The notes beneath the pieces are model-generated. The model was not told the origin of the DNA, did not search any database, and saw only the letters and a list, made by a program, of their open reading frames with translations. Below are positions 1-8,737 of a DNA stretch of 64,000 bases, piece by piece (within the stretch, counting starts at the first letter, position 1; each line of letters opens with the position of its first letter). The translations under genes and the position numbers were made by a program. This DNA is from an uncultured bacterium (lineage in GTDB: Bacteria > Omnitrophota > Omnitrophia > Omnitrophales > Abzuiibacteriaceae), in contig CAYLXA010000003.1 in NCBI GenBank assembly GCA_964387845.1, forward strand, positions 128,001 through 192,000. The letters are read 5' to 3'.

Positions 1-996
1 TTCGATAAAAGTAGGGGTTATAAAATCTTCCCATACCTGCTTAGCGCGATCTAATGCTTTCCAAACAGCCCCTTCGGTTTTGAAGTTGCGGATTAACTTT
101 TCGGCTTCGGCGCGCGTATCCGCTTTTCCGAGTACAAAAATCACGTCTTTTGTCTCGCCCGGTTTTAAATCAACATTGACTTGGAGCGACGCGGTTGCAT
201 CATAATGCTTTCCGTGTGTGCCTTTGAGCTGCCCTTCTACGACAGACTGAGGAGCGCGAATTCCGCCGTAACGGCCGAAAAACGTTTCTTTGTCGCCGTC
301 AAATCCCGCAGCCGGCATATTGGTAACCGCATGAAAAGATTGAAGCGGTTTTTCGGAAAGCCCGGAGGAAATAAACCCCGGGACAAGTGCGCGGCGTTTC
401 CAGCCGTAAATAGCGCCTAGTTTTTCATCGAAATCCGTTTCGATAAACGTTTTTTGGAATTCGCGGTGTGTATCGGCTGCGTTTCCGAGGCACCACTCAA
501 AATAAGTAAACAAGCTCAGCTTGCGCGGCGAATCTGATTCGTTTGTGATCGAAACATTCCAAACTTCGACAGGATCTTTGGCATCCACAAACACTGTTTT
601 TTCGATGCGGATTCCTTTGTAGAGACTCTTCAGAACCGAATAACCTTGCCCGTGGCGGACTTCGTAAAAATCATACTCGGTGCAGCAGGGTTTCCAGGTT
701 GCAGACCAAAATTCTTCCGACTCATTGTCGCGAACATAGATGTATTTGCCCCACTCGTCCTTGATTAAGTCCTGTTCCCAACGTGTGATGCGCGACAAAT
801 TGGAATTTCCGTACCATGAAAATCCGGAACCGGTCTGTGATTCAATCATCCCGTAATCGGGATTTGCAATTACGTTGACCCACGGACGCGGCGTATCAGG
901 GCGCGTGATCACATATTCACGGCCGTCCTTTGTGAAGTAGCCGTATTTATTCTCGAATTTTTTTTCTTCTTTTGTTGCACCTGACTTCTGCTTCAT
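1..996 (-). CDS. GH94-family glycoside phosphorylase (cellobiose/chitobiose phosphorylase-like), N-terminal part; the gene runs off the window start
   Basis: Manual minus-strand translation is open to nt 1 and reads ...KYGYFTKDGREYVITRPDTPRPWVNVIANPDYGMIESQTGSGFSWYGNS..., the hallmark N-terminus of GH94 phosphorylases. ATG at 994-996 has a GGGGAGAG SD; an alternative in-frame ATG lies at 1027-1029. It is absent from the ORF track because it is truncated. Confidence 0.7.
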   Translation of the reverse strand, partial: MKQKSGATKEEKKFENKYGYFTKDGREYVITRPDTPRPWVNVIANPDYGMIESQTGSGFSWYGNSNLSRITRWEQDLIKDEWGKYIYVRDNESEEFWSATWKPCCTEYDFYEVRHGQGYSVLKSLYKGIRIEKTVFVDAKDPVEVWNVSITNESDSPRKLSLFTYFEWCLGNAADTHREFQKTFIETDFDEKLGAIYGWKRRALVPGFISSGLSEKPLQSFHAVTNMPAAGFDGDKETFFGRYGGIRAPQSVVEGQLKGTHGKHYDATASLQVNVDLKPGETKDVIFVLGKADTRAEAEKLIRNFKTEGAVWKALDRAKQVWEDFITPTFIE

Positions 997-1050
997 TTTT
1001 CTCTCCCCCGCTAATGCTTGAGCGCTCATCTTTCCTGTTCCTTTCTGAAT

Positions 1051-2334
1051 TTAATTTTTCGATTTTAAAAGTTCATTCACCTTTGGTGCAATTTTAGCTG
1101 CAGCTTCTTCGGCGGTTTCTTTTCCGTTAAACAACAAATCAAATTCCGGCTGAATAATTTTTGCTTCTATTTCGCGCCACCTGGGGTGAAAAGGGTCAAA
1201 AACAATATATTTTACTGCTTCGTTAAGCATCGACTTATTTTCCGGAAGGCCGGGATGTGTGGCCCAATGAGGCCCTTTCGAAACCGACTGAAGCGCCGGC
1301 TGCGCAAGGCCGCGTTCGGCGAGCTGAATTTGGCCGGCCGGACCCGTCAGAGCTTTTACAACTTCCCAGGCTTCTTTTTTATGTTTTGATGATTTTAAAA
1401 CACCGTAGCCGGACCCGCCGGTTCCAAATTTCCGAACGCCTTTCGAATTTTTCGGAAACATCGCAACATCCCAATTAAAAGAATAATTCCGGAGGCTCGG
1501 TGTTTCCCAAATGCCCGACATAAGCATCGCAAGCCGGCCGCTTGAAAACATGGTGTCGACCCCCATGCCCAAATTCGCTAAAGCAACCGGCGTCGGCATT
1601 ACGCGGTGAATATTAATCAGATCTGAGAAAAATTGAAGGCCTTCGACTGAAAGCGGGTCATCGATTTTCGTAACGGTCGGATTTTGAACATCGTCCACGA
1701 GCGCGCCGCCGTTTCCGTAAATAAAATTCTGCCAAGCCCAGCCGTAAAAACCGTATTGAACAATGCGCCCCGCTTCATCTTTTTTAGTCAAAGTTTTGGC
1801 TTTTTCCAAAAGATCATCCCAGTTCCAATCATCGCTCGGATATGGGATGCCGGCTTCGTCAAATAAATCCTTATTGTAAAAAACACAGGCAAACGGCGCC
1901 ACGTCGCGCGGAATTGCGTATACGTTTCCTTCTACTGTAAAACGGCTCAAAATCTCCGGGAAAAAATCACTTTTCTGAAAATCAGGATCGGATTCTATAA
2001 AAGGCGCCAGATTCTCAAACACGTTTTTCCCGGCAAACGTAACGAAATAATTCACTTCGGTTGCAATTACATCGGGCGCCGCGCCGCCCGCAATTCTGGT
2101 TAGGATCTTGCTGTCATAGCCGGAATACGGCGTATGTTCCAATCTGACTTTAATATGCGGATTTTTCTCCTGCCAAGGCTCAATGGCGCGCGTAATAATA
2201 TCGATTTCCTGGGGGCTCCCCCAGAATGCAACTTTAATCTCAATAGCACCATTATCGTCTTCGGTCTTTGCACAACCGTTAAAAAAAGCGCCGACTAAAG
2301 TCGATAGAGCGATAGCAAGAATTAATTTTCTCAT
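1051..2334 (-). CDS. Extracellular solute-binding protein of a sugar ABC transporter (family 1), lipoprotein
   Basis: 427 aa; N-terminal signal with lipobox (FFNGC). Composition and length are typical of sugar-binding SBPs (IKVAFWGSP..., WNWDDLLEKAK). It lies immediately downstream of the GH94 gene. Confidence 0.75.
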   Translation of the reverse strand: MRKLILAIALSTLVGAFFNGCAKTEDDNGAIEIKVAFWGSPQEIDIITRAIEPWQEKNPHIKVRLEHTPYSGYDSKILTRIAGGAAPDVIATEVNYFVTFAGKNVFENLAPFIESDPDFQKSDFFPEILSRFTVEGNVYAIPRDVAPFACVFYNKDLFDEAGIPYPSDDWNWDDLLEKAKTLTKKDEAGRIVQYGFYGWAWQNFIYGNGGALVDDVQNPTVTKIDDPLSVEGLQFFSDLINIHRVMPTPVALANLGMGVDTMFSSGRLAMLMSGIWETPSLRNYSFNWDVAMFPKNSKGVRKFGTGGSGYGVLKSSKHKKEAWEVVKALTGPAGQIQLAERGLAQPALQSVSKGPHWATHPGLPENKSMLNEAVKYIVFDPFHPRWREIEAKIIQPEFDLLFNGKETAEEAAAKIAPKVNELLKSKN

Positions 2335-2337
2335 GAA

Positions 2338-2862
2338 TTAAGCCCAGACCCTTCGTGTGACGGTTTCTTTGACTTCCTTGGTGGGGTAAATATCAAAAAT
2401 GATTTCATCGGGCTGGAACCACAATTTGATTTCACGCTCGGCTTCTTGTTGATTAGAAGAGGTATGGACGACATTCTCATAAACACCTTTTGTCGTAATT
2501 CGCCCGAATTGCCCTCGAATAGAAACCGAGTCAGCTTCTTCCGGATTTGTAGCACCCGAAATATTCCGGCATTTTTGGATAGCGCCTTCACCGGCATACA
2601 CCAGCGCCAGCACCTTTTTGCGGCTATGATATTCGCCCTGCAAATATCCGATCAATTCTTCAAAGAAAGGTTTTTCGCGGAGATGATAATAATGCTCTTC
2701 TGCCAGCTCACGGGAAACACGAATGCATTTGGCAGCAGCAATCTGCAATTTTGTTTCCGAGAGACGTGTTAACACATTCCCTGTTAACGACTTAGCAAGC
2801 CCGTCCGGCTTGATTAAAACCAGCGTTTGTTCCCAACCCATCGGCGTTTTTTCTTTTTCCAT
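2338..2862 (-). CDS. ndk: Nucleoside diphosphate kinase-like protein with C-terminal extension
   Basis: 174 aa with LVLIKPDG, ...GATNPEEADSVSIRGQFG...NVVHTSS motifs matching the NDK fold. The start may be at internal M8 (2841). Confidence 0.65.
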   Translation of the reverse strand: MEKEKTPMGWEQTLVLIKPDGLAKSLTGNVLTRLSETKLQIAAAKCIRVSRELAEEHYYHLREKPFFEELIGYLQGEYHSRKKVLALVYAGEGAIQKCRNISGATNPEEADSVSIRGQFGRITTKGVYENVVHTSSNQQEAEREIKLWFQPDEIIFDIYPTKEVKETVTRRVWA

Positions 2863-3152
2863 TGAACCAACTTTTTAAAAAGGGTTTCTGAACTCGGCAT
2901 TCAAATCCAAAGATTGAATTTTCCTATTGATGATACGGCGGAAAAACAGCCCCGGAGCAAAATGAAAAGTTCGGGAATTATAGCATAGGAGGGTTGATTG
3001 TCAAATGGGTGTTTTAGATGTATTTTTGACAAAATAAATGGAAAAAATCAAAGTTTCATCTATACTTTTATTCTTTAAAAAATAAGCAATCCAAAATCGC
3101 GATACACGGGCATGTCATATAAAATTAGGCTTGATTTCACAAGCTTTACCTC

Positions 3153-4115
3153 ATGAAAAAAGCTATATCAGCGCTTGTTTTTTCTTTGTTCATTATCGCT
3201 CAGGTATTCGTTCTTTGTGAATTAGGAATCCGCACTTACGAATATTTCGTTTATAAAATCCCTTTCCTAAGGTCTATTAGTACTCATTTTGACCCAAAAT
3301 TTGGGTGGGTTGGTTCGCAAGGCGTCTTTTCTTCTTCCCGGCCTAATTTGACTTTATTCGTTGTCGGCGATTCTTATACAAATGGAGAGGGGGTTTCGAC
3401 CGAACACGTTTATTACAACTACCTTCAGCATTACGCAAAAGCATACGTTTTTGTATACGGCGGGTCGGGTTTCGGAAATTTACAAGAATATTTGGTCATG
3501 GACGAATACCTAGATTTGGTCAATCCGGATTTGATTTTGTGGCAAGTAGACGGAAATGATTTTGAGAACAACACATGGGAAATTGAAAGAAGCACATCAA
3601 GAACCGGCAACATCATGATACGGCCTTACTTAATCAACGGAAAGATAGAATACCGGCATCCCAGGCCTTACGGATTTCTTGCCATTCGTTCAAGGTTTTT
3701 TTATAGAGTTTTGATAGCGATCGAAAAATATCAAAAACTACTCACACAGAAAGGCATTATTCTTAATCACGATTCGGAAATCAAACGCAAATATTTTGAT
3801 GCATCTTATAAAGTTACAGCTGAAATTGTGAAAATGGCAAAACATCGTGCCGGCAAAACCCCCGTGGTCGCTTTTATCTCTGACGGAACTTCTGAACGCA
3901 TTAAATCATTTTCTAAGATTTTTAAGGAGAATGGAATTCCCTTTATCGATCAGGTTCCGCAAGTCATGATTGAAGAAACTCGAAAAAGAAAGAAAGATCT
4001 AAGCGCAGGGCCCGGAGTTGGCCACTGGTCTCCCGAGGGGCATTTGATTGTCGCGCAATTTTTAGTGAAGGAATTGATCGAACTAGGTTATTTCCCGCCA
4101 GAATCTCAAACTTGA
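3153..4115 (+). CDS. Membrane-anchored SGNH/GDSL-family hydrolase (AlgJ/DltD/PatB-like O-acyltransferase partner)
   Basis: 320 aa; N-terminal TM helix, GDS-x-T block (FVVGDSYTNGEG) and C-terminal GHWSPEGH (DxxH-type) motif. It is a paralogue of the protein at 50740-51672. Confidence 0.6.
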   Translation: MKKAISALVFSLFIIAQVFVLCELGIRTYEYFVYKIPFLRSISTHFDPKFGWVGSQGVFSSSRPNLTLFVVGDSYTNGEGVSTEHVYYNYLQHYAKAYVFVYGGSGFGNLQEYLVMDEYLDLVNPDLILWQVDGNDFENNTWEIERSTSRTGNIMIRPYLINGKIEYRHPRPYGFLAIRSRFFYRVLIAIEKYQKLLTQKGIILNHDSEIKRKYFDASYKVTAEIVKMAKHRAGKTPVVAFISDGTSERIKSFSKIFKENGIPFIDQVPQVMIEETRKRKKDLSAGPGVGHWSPEGHLIVAQFLVKELIELGYFPPESQT

Positions 4116-4119
4116 CGGA

Positions 4120-4539
4120 TCATTTCTTAACCAAGCCGTTATAGAAATCGTTTTCCAATTCAGCAATCGTCTTAATTAGGATAGGCAAAATGGTGCTATT
4201 AATGTTCACCATACCGCTTTTCAGTAGTGAATCTACTTTTTTAAGATAAAACTCGGGGGGGTTTAAGATTGCTGTGTTCTGGTTGACGCGGAACCTTTCG
4301 ATAGCCAATTTAACAGCAGTTTTTTTATCGAAATCGGAAAGCTGGTCCCATTGCTTAAGATGTCTTGTTAAAGAATTCATAACAATAATATCCGCTTTCA
4401 AAGAAGATGCTTTTGCGTTTATGCCGTAAGACGCGATGCTTTCCGGATTCATCATAACGGCAAGAGTAATTGCGCTTGTTAAGATAAAAAATGCGGCTGA
4501 AAAAATCGGGATTTTTTGATTTGATTGATTTTGTTTCAC
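4120..4539 (-). CDS. Hypothetical exported/membrane protein
   Basis: The ORF-track version (to 4635) has its first 25 codons inside a tRNA-fragment/hairpin repeat. A GTG at 4537-4539 gives a signal-peptide-like N-terminus (KQNQSNQK + hydrophobic core). No recognisable family. Confidence 0.35.
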   Translation of the reverse strand: MKQNQSNQKIPIFSAAFFILTSAITLAVMMNPESIASYGINAKASSLKADIIVMNSLTRHLKQWDQLSDFDKKTAVKLAIERFRVNQNTAILNPPEFYLKKVDSLLKSGMVNINSTILPILIKTIAELENDFYNGLVKK

Positions 4540-4564
4540 AATAATTTTAATCCAAAATGCCAAA

Positions 4565-4585
4565 ATGGCGGAGAGATAGGGATTC
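4565..4585 (-). repeat. 21-nt direct copy of the 3' end of tRNA-Ser(GGA) (tggcggagagatagggattcg), fossil att-like site
   Basis: Exact 21/21 match to 4748-4768. It is followed at 4586-4630 by GC-rich twin hairpins (GCGCG-n5-CGCGC; CGGGT-n5-ACCCG). Confidence 0.6.
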
Positions 4586-4747
4586 GGCGCCCTCCGCGCG
4601 CAATCCGCGCTCCGGGTCGGCCACCCGCCCTGCAAACCTGATGCTCAGCTTTACTTCGCATCATGCAGGGCTCCCTTCGAATCCCTCATGCCACACCGTA
4701 GGCGGCTTCCTCAGCCGCCACGGTGCCGTCATTTTTCATCAGAAAAA

Positions 4748-4839
4748 TGGCGGAGAGATAGGGATTCGAACCCTAGAGACCCCGTTAAGGGCCTACGTAC
4801 TTTCCAGGCACGCCCGTTCGACCGCTCCGGCATCTCTCC
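4748..4839 (-). tRNA. tRNA-Ser(GGA)
   Basis: 92 nt, type II tRNA. Acceptor GGAGAGA/TCTCTCC, anticodon loop CTGGAAA, long variable arm, T-loop TTCGAAT, CCA encoded. Confidence 0.9.
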
Positions 4840-4909
4840 GTAATTACAAAATATAAACAGGTAAAAAGGCTGGTATTATATCAACCTGCGCGCCAAATGA
4901 AACGGAATA

Positions 4910-5428
4910 TTAATGCTGATGCCCGTCATGATCAGAGTGCGGCGGGGCAGGCTGGTTTGGGTTTGGTTGTAACGGCGGCATTGATGTCTGAAGAAAGCGC
5001 TGCATATTCATGCGCTCATCATTAATCTGTTTAATCACCACATCAAGCTCTTCTTTTGGTGCTTTCTTATCGATCAAATCCTTATAAGCTTTCCCCAATT
5101 CATCCAACTTTGCTTTGTGAGCTAGAAATTCCTGGTCAAAAACTTTTTGAGCGTCTGCCGACATATTTGAAACCAAGGGGGGCCGGCTTGCAAGCGACCG
5201 TGATTTCCCTTGAATTCTTTGGGTGATTTCTTCGATTTCGGCAGGTTTAGCACCGCGGTCTACCATTCCGCGCCGCTCCTCAATCATTACTTTTAACTCT
5301 TGCTGAAGGGCTTGCCTATCTTCCTGGCCGGTTTCCGACATTCCGGCAGCAGAAAATGAAACAAATAAACACACCGATGCAAAGAAAAAACATACTGCTC
5401 GATTGTTAAAAATTTTTTTGCTAATCAT
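4910..5428 (-). CDS. Secreted coiled-coil protein with His-rich C-terminus (possible Spy/CpxP/ZraP-like periplasmic stress protein)
   Basis: Start moved to M18 (GTGGAG SD), giving signal peptide MISKKIFNNRAVCFFFASVCLFVSFSAAG. Charged helical body; C-terminus HSDHDGHQH. Confidence 0.5.
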   Translation of the reverse strand: MISKKIFNNRAVCFFFASVCLFVSFSAAGMSETGQEDRQALQQELKVMIEERRGMVDRGAKPAEIEEITQRIQGKSRSLASRPPLVSNMSADAQKVFDQEFLAHKAKLDELGKAYKDLIDKKAPKEELDVVIKQINDERMNMQRFLQTSMPPLQPNPNQPAPPHSDHDGHQH

Positions 5429-5492
5429 TGGATTCTCCACGAATTGAAATAATTTTAGCACTTTGAATGAAAGATGCAATTGCCGTTTCGGG

Positions 5493-5990
5493 TCAGCGTT
5501 TTTCCTTTCGCAGATTCTTAAAGAAGCTTTGCAGCAGCATTTTTGACTCCATCTCTAAAATCCCGCTTGTTACTTTTAATTGATGGTTTAAGCGGTCATC
5601 TTTATGAAGATTGTAAAGCGTGCCGCAGGCGCCGAACTTCGGATCCGGTGCACCGAAAATCAAATTTGCGCAATGTGCAAGCAGCAAAGCGCCCGCGCAC
5701 ATCGGGCACGGTTCGAGTGTCACGTAAAACGATACGCCTTCCAAAGAACCTCGATGCTCAGGGCCGCCCTGTTCATGCAGAAAATCAGACGCCTGTGTGA
5801 TTGCGATCATCTCAGCATGTGCAGTCGGGTCATGCAAAAGTTCGACTTGGTTATAGCCTTTTGCAATGACGCGGTTTTTGTAAACCGCGACAGCACCGAC
5901 AGGGACATCTCCCTTTTCAAATGCGCGCTTGGCTTCTTTTAACGCCTCACGCATGAAAGTTTCATGAATGCTTTTTTGTTCGTTTTCCAT
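5493..5990 (-). CDS. tadA: tRNA-specific adenosine deaminase
   Basis: 165 aa; CDA-fold zinc motifs HAEMIAI and PCPMCAGAL. Confidence 0.9.
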   Translation of the reverse strand: MENEQKSIHETFMREALKEAKRAFEKGDVPVGAVAVYKNRVIAKGYNQVELLHDPTAHAEMIAITQASDFLHEQGGPEHRGSLEGVSFYVTLEPCPMCAGALLLAHCANLIFGAPDPKFGACGTLYNLHKDDRLNHQLKVTSGILEMESKMLLQSFFKNLRKEKR

Positions 5991-6025
5991 TATAATGCTT
6001 TCTCGCCTTTATTCCTTTTTACCCA

Positions 6026-6041
6026 TCATGCGGCCATAGCT
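6026..6041 (+). repeat. 16-nt direct copy of the tRNA-Arg 5' end (tcatgcggccatagct) followed by GC twin hairpins (6042-6083)
   Basis: Exact match to 6141-6156 (4 nt of leader plus the first 12 nt of the tRNA). Hairpins are TCCGCC-n8-GGCGGA and CCCGCCA-n7-TGGCGGG. Confidence 0.55.
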
Positions 6042-6144
6042 TCCGCCAAACTGCGCGGCGGACCCGCCATGCTTTGTGGCGGGCAATTGAATATATTAAG
6101 GCTCTGTTTTTTATATTAACTTTCCGCTACAATATCGACTTCAT

Positions 6145-6221
6145 GCGGCCATAGCTCAATTGGATAGAGCATCAGTCTACGGAACTGAGGGTTGGCGGTT
6201 CAAATCCGTCTGGCCGCACCA
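6145..6221 (+). tRNA. tRNA-Arg(ACG)
   Basis: 77 nt; anticodon loop CTACGGA, T-loop TTCAAAT, CCA encoded. Confidence 0.9.
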
Positions 6222-6315
6222 ATTTACCTTAGAAGCTCCCGCAGTTTATTAATCAAAAATTGGTGCAGCCCTCAGTTACATATAGAAATTTATCTAAGCT
6301 GAGGGCCGCATTACA

Positions 6316-7512
6316 TCAACGCCCGCCTGCCACTTCTCTCAACACTTCTCTGTACTTCCGGATCGCGTTGCCGCGGAAATCCATTTTTTCGGCGTAAGCA
6401 CGCGCATTCTTACCCCACGCGGACAACTGCCCCGGATTCTTCGCTAATTTTTTAACAGCGTCCGCTGCTTCACCTGCCGAAATTGTATCCAACACAACGC
6501 CGCAATTTGCTTCTTGGATCATTCGGGCTACTTCGCTGCTTTGCTCCAACAATCCTACGATCGGACGGCCGCTCGGCAAGAGAGAATACGTTTTGCTGGG
6601 AACTGAGTTACCTGCCAATCCCCGTTTAAGCGAAACCAAATGAAGATCGGCGCTTGCAAGTGTTTCGGCTAACTTTTCGCGCGGTTGGAAATCCAAAAAC
6701 ACAACGTTCGCAAGCTTCATGCCTTTTGCTTTTTCTTGCACAGAACTTCTCAAAGCCCCGCCGCCGACAAAAACCAGCCGGAATTTGTCGTCATCCTGAA
6801 GTTTTTCGGCAAGCTGAAGCATGAAATCAAAATCCTGAACCAAACCGAAATTGCCCGAATGCATCAATACAAAATATCGATCAAGCCAATATTGGCTCGA
6901 CACCGAATTCGACTTCGGAAGCGGTTTGATTTCGCTTGAATCCGCCCAATTCGGAATTACATCAACCCGATCTTCCAAAACACCGTCTTTTGCGAGCAAC
7001 TCTTTCATATCACGGCCGATGGCAATTACGCGTGCCGCTTTTTTTAACGAATATAAATTCAAAGATTTAAAAAGCCGGCTCAAAAAACCTTCTTTCATCC
7101 ATCCGCTCAGAACCGCCGTATTCGGAAAATAATCATTACACAAATAAACATACGGAAACCCGCGAAATGCACAGGCAAATAAAGACACAAACGGCAAAAG
7201 CGGCGGCGATGTGCCTATTAATACCGCATCTGCCTTGGCGTGAAATAAAATGGCAAACGGCGTCATTAATAAAAACGTGGCATAGTTAATGAATCTCCCG
7301 ATTAATGAACTTTGATCTAAAGAAGTAGAAGGAACGGTTGAGACTTTGATGTTCCCAAGTTCTTTGCTGCCTGCACTTTTAAAATCTGAAGCCGGCCCGC
7401 ACAAAACATCGATGTCAAAGTTCTTTGAGAGTTCTTTTGCGATATCCGTCAACAAAACGGAAGTTGCCTGCAAGTCAGGATAAAAATAGCGGTCAACGAT
7501 TAAAAACTTCAT
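6316..7512 (-). CDS. Glycosyltransferase family 4 (WcaI-like)
   Basis: 398 aa; GT-B fold glycosyltransferase with WcaI-like N-terminus MKFLIVDRYFYPD... and a C-terminal EX7E-type region. Confidence 0.7.
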   Translation of the reverse strand: MKFLIVDRYFYPDLQATSVLLTDIAKELSKNFDIDVLCGPASDFKSAGSKELGNIKVSTVPSTSLDQSSLIGRFINYATFLLMTPFAILFHAKADAVLIGTSPPLLPFVSLFACAFRGFPYVYLCNDYFPNTAVLSGWMKEGFLSRLFKSLNLYSLKKAARVIAIGRDMKELLAKDGVLEDRVDVIPNWADSSEIKPLPKSNSVSSQYWLDRYFVLMHSGNFGLVQDFDFMLQLAEKLQDDDKFRLVFVGGGALRSSVQEKAKGMKLANVVFLDFQPREKLAETLASADLHLVSLKRGLAGNSVPSKTYSLLPSGRPIVGLLEQSSEVARMIQEANCGVVLDTISAGEAADAVKKLAKNPGQLSAWGKNARAYAEKMDFRGNAIRKYREVLREVAGGR

Positions 7513-7514
7513 GA

Positions 7515-8732
7515 TTAATTTGTCCCGCGTAAAAATTGATCAAAAGCGGCTTTGATGTTTCCTTGATAATAAAGCCACGAAAAATGCTGCGCTTTTTTCC
7601 GTGCATTTTCGCCCATTTCCAAGACTTTAACCGGGCTTTCGTAAAAGTACAAAATCTTTTCTTTAAGTGGTTCGACATTTCCAACCGGAATTATAAAACC
7701 TTCCTTGCCGTCTTCAACCACATCTTTGGCCCCGGTATTTTCGGAAACAATCACCGGAATGCCCGACGCCATCGCTTCCAAAACCGGAAGCCCAAAACCT
7801 TCAGCAACAGACGGCAGAACAAGCAAATCTGCTTTTTCATAATAACTTTTCATCATCGAAAAAGGAACTTGGGGCACATGACGGAACCATCCGGCATACG
7901 GTTTGTAAGGCGCGCGCGGCCCGTAAAAATTACCCACCAATGTGAGTTCTATTTTTTTGTTTCCGATTTTTTTGATTGCTTCGAGCAAGTATTTAATTCC
8001 CTTCCGCTGCCCGATCGTGCCCACGAATAAAATCCGGATTACGTTGTCTTTAAAAAATGACTCCCCGTCACGCCTACAGGCGAATGCTTCGGCATTAACT
8101 CCGTAAGTAACGACTCGGATTTTTGCGCTGTCAATTTTTTCTTTCTCTAGAGACTGCTTCACCAAATAAGATCCGCAGACAATTAAGTCCGCAAGCCGGG
8201 CTTCTTCTGCCCGGCTCTCCTGCCAAGCCGGATCTTCAAGGCCTTCGTCTATTGTTGCTGCAAAATCCGGATTAAGTTCGGCTTCGTTTTTTAAAATCTG
8301 GCGGGCGTTTATGGTAAATAATGCTGGCTGATCTAAAACACGGCGGATTTTTTTCTTTTTTGCTTCCTTAAAAGATTCGAGAGTTGAACCTGAAAAACCG
8401 ATGATTGCATCAATATCTTTGACGAAATGTTTACTTACATATAAATCCATAACTCGGCCTGCAAAGAAAGCAGCTTGTTTTTTTAAATAGCCCGGAAAAT
8501 AAGCTTGCGAAAACGCGAAGCGGAAAAGTTCCGGCCAAGGGTAGCGGACTACCAGAGAAGGATCTAATTCAGACAACGAAAAACGGGCTTTTGTAAAATT
8601 TGCCCGGCCGAGTGTTGTGATGTAGTAATTTAAAATTTTGGCTTGCTGAAGAGCAAATGCAAATTCCTGCGAATGCTGAACGCCGGGATGAAAGATGTTG
8701 GCCCTGTGCGAAATTTGAGAAGCATTCATCAA
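7515..8732 (-). CDS. Glycosyltransferase family 4
   Basis: 405 aa; C-terminal GT4 signature ...EGFGLPVLEAMASGIPVIVS... Confidence 0.75.
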   Translation of the reverse strand: MMNASQISHRANIFHPGVQHSQEFAFALQQAKILNYYITTLGRANFTKARFSLSELDPSLVVRYPWPELFRFAFSQAYFPGYLKKQAAFFAGRVMDLYVSKHFVKDIDAIIGFSGSTLESFKEAKKKKIRRVLDQPALFTINARQILKNEAELNPDFAATIDEGLEDPAWQESRAEEARLADLIVCGSYLVKQSLEKEKIDSAKIRVVTYGVNAEAFACRRDGESFFKDNVIRILFVGTIGQRKGIKYLLEAIKKIGNKKIELTLVGNFYGPRAPYKPYAGWFRHVPQVPFSMMKSYYEKADLLVLPSVAEGFGLPVLEAMASGIPVIVSENTGAKDVVEDGKEGFIIPVGNVEPLKEKILYFYESPVKVLEMGENARKKAQHFSWLYYQGNIKAAFDQFLRGTN

Positions 8733-8737
8733 ATTTT

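Noticed and set aside
181-420. 79-aa ORF on the plus strand
   Set aside because: Lies antisense inside the well-supported GH94 coding region; no RBS or homology.
4540-4660. Possible second tRNA or tmRNA next to the tRNA 3'-end copy
   Set aside because: Only the 3' 21 nt match; no complementary 5' acceptor strand, D-arm or anticodon arm could be built. Interpreted as a repeat scar, not an RNA gene.
4557-4856. 99-aa plus-strand ORF
   Set aside because: Runs through tRNA-Ser(GGA) and the tRNA-fragment/hairpin repeat; Arg/Ser/Pro-rich GC-repeat translation artefact.
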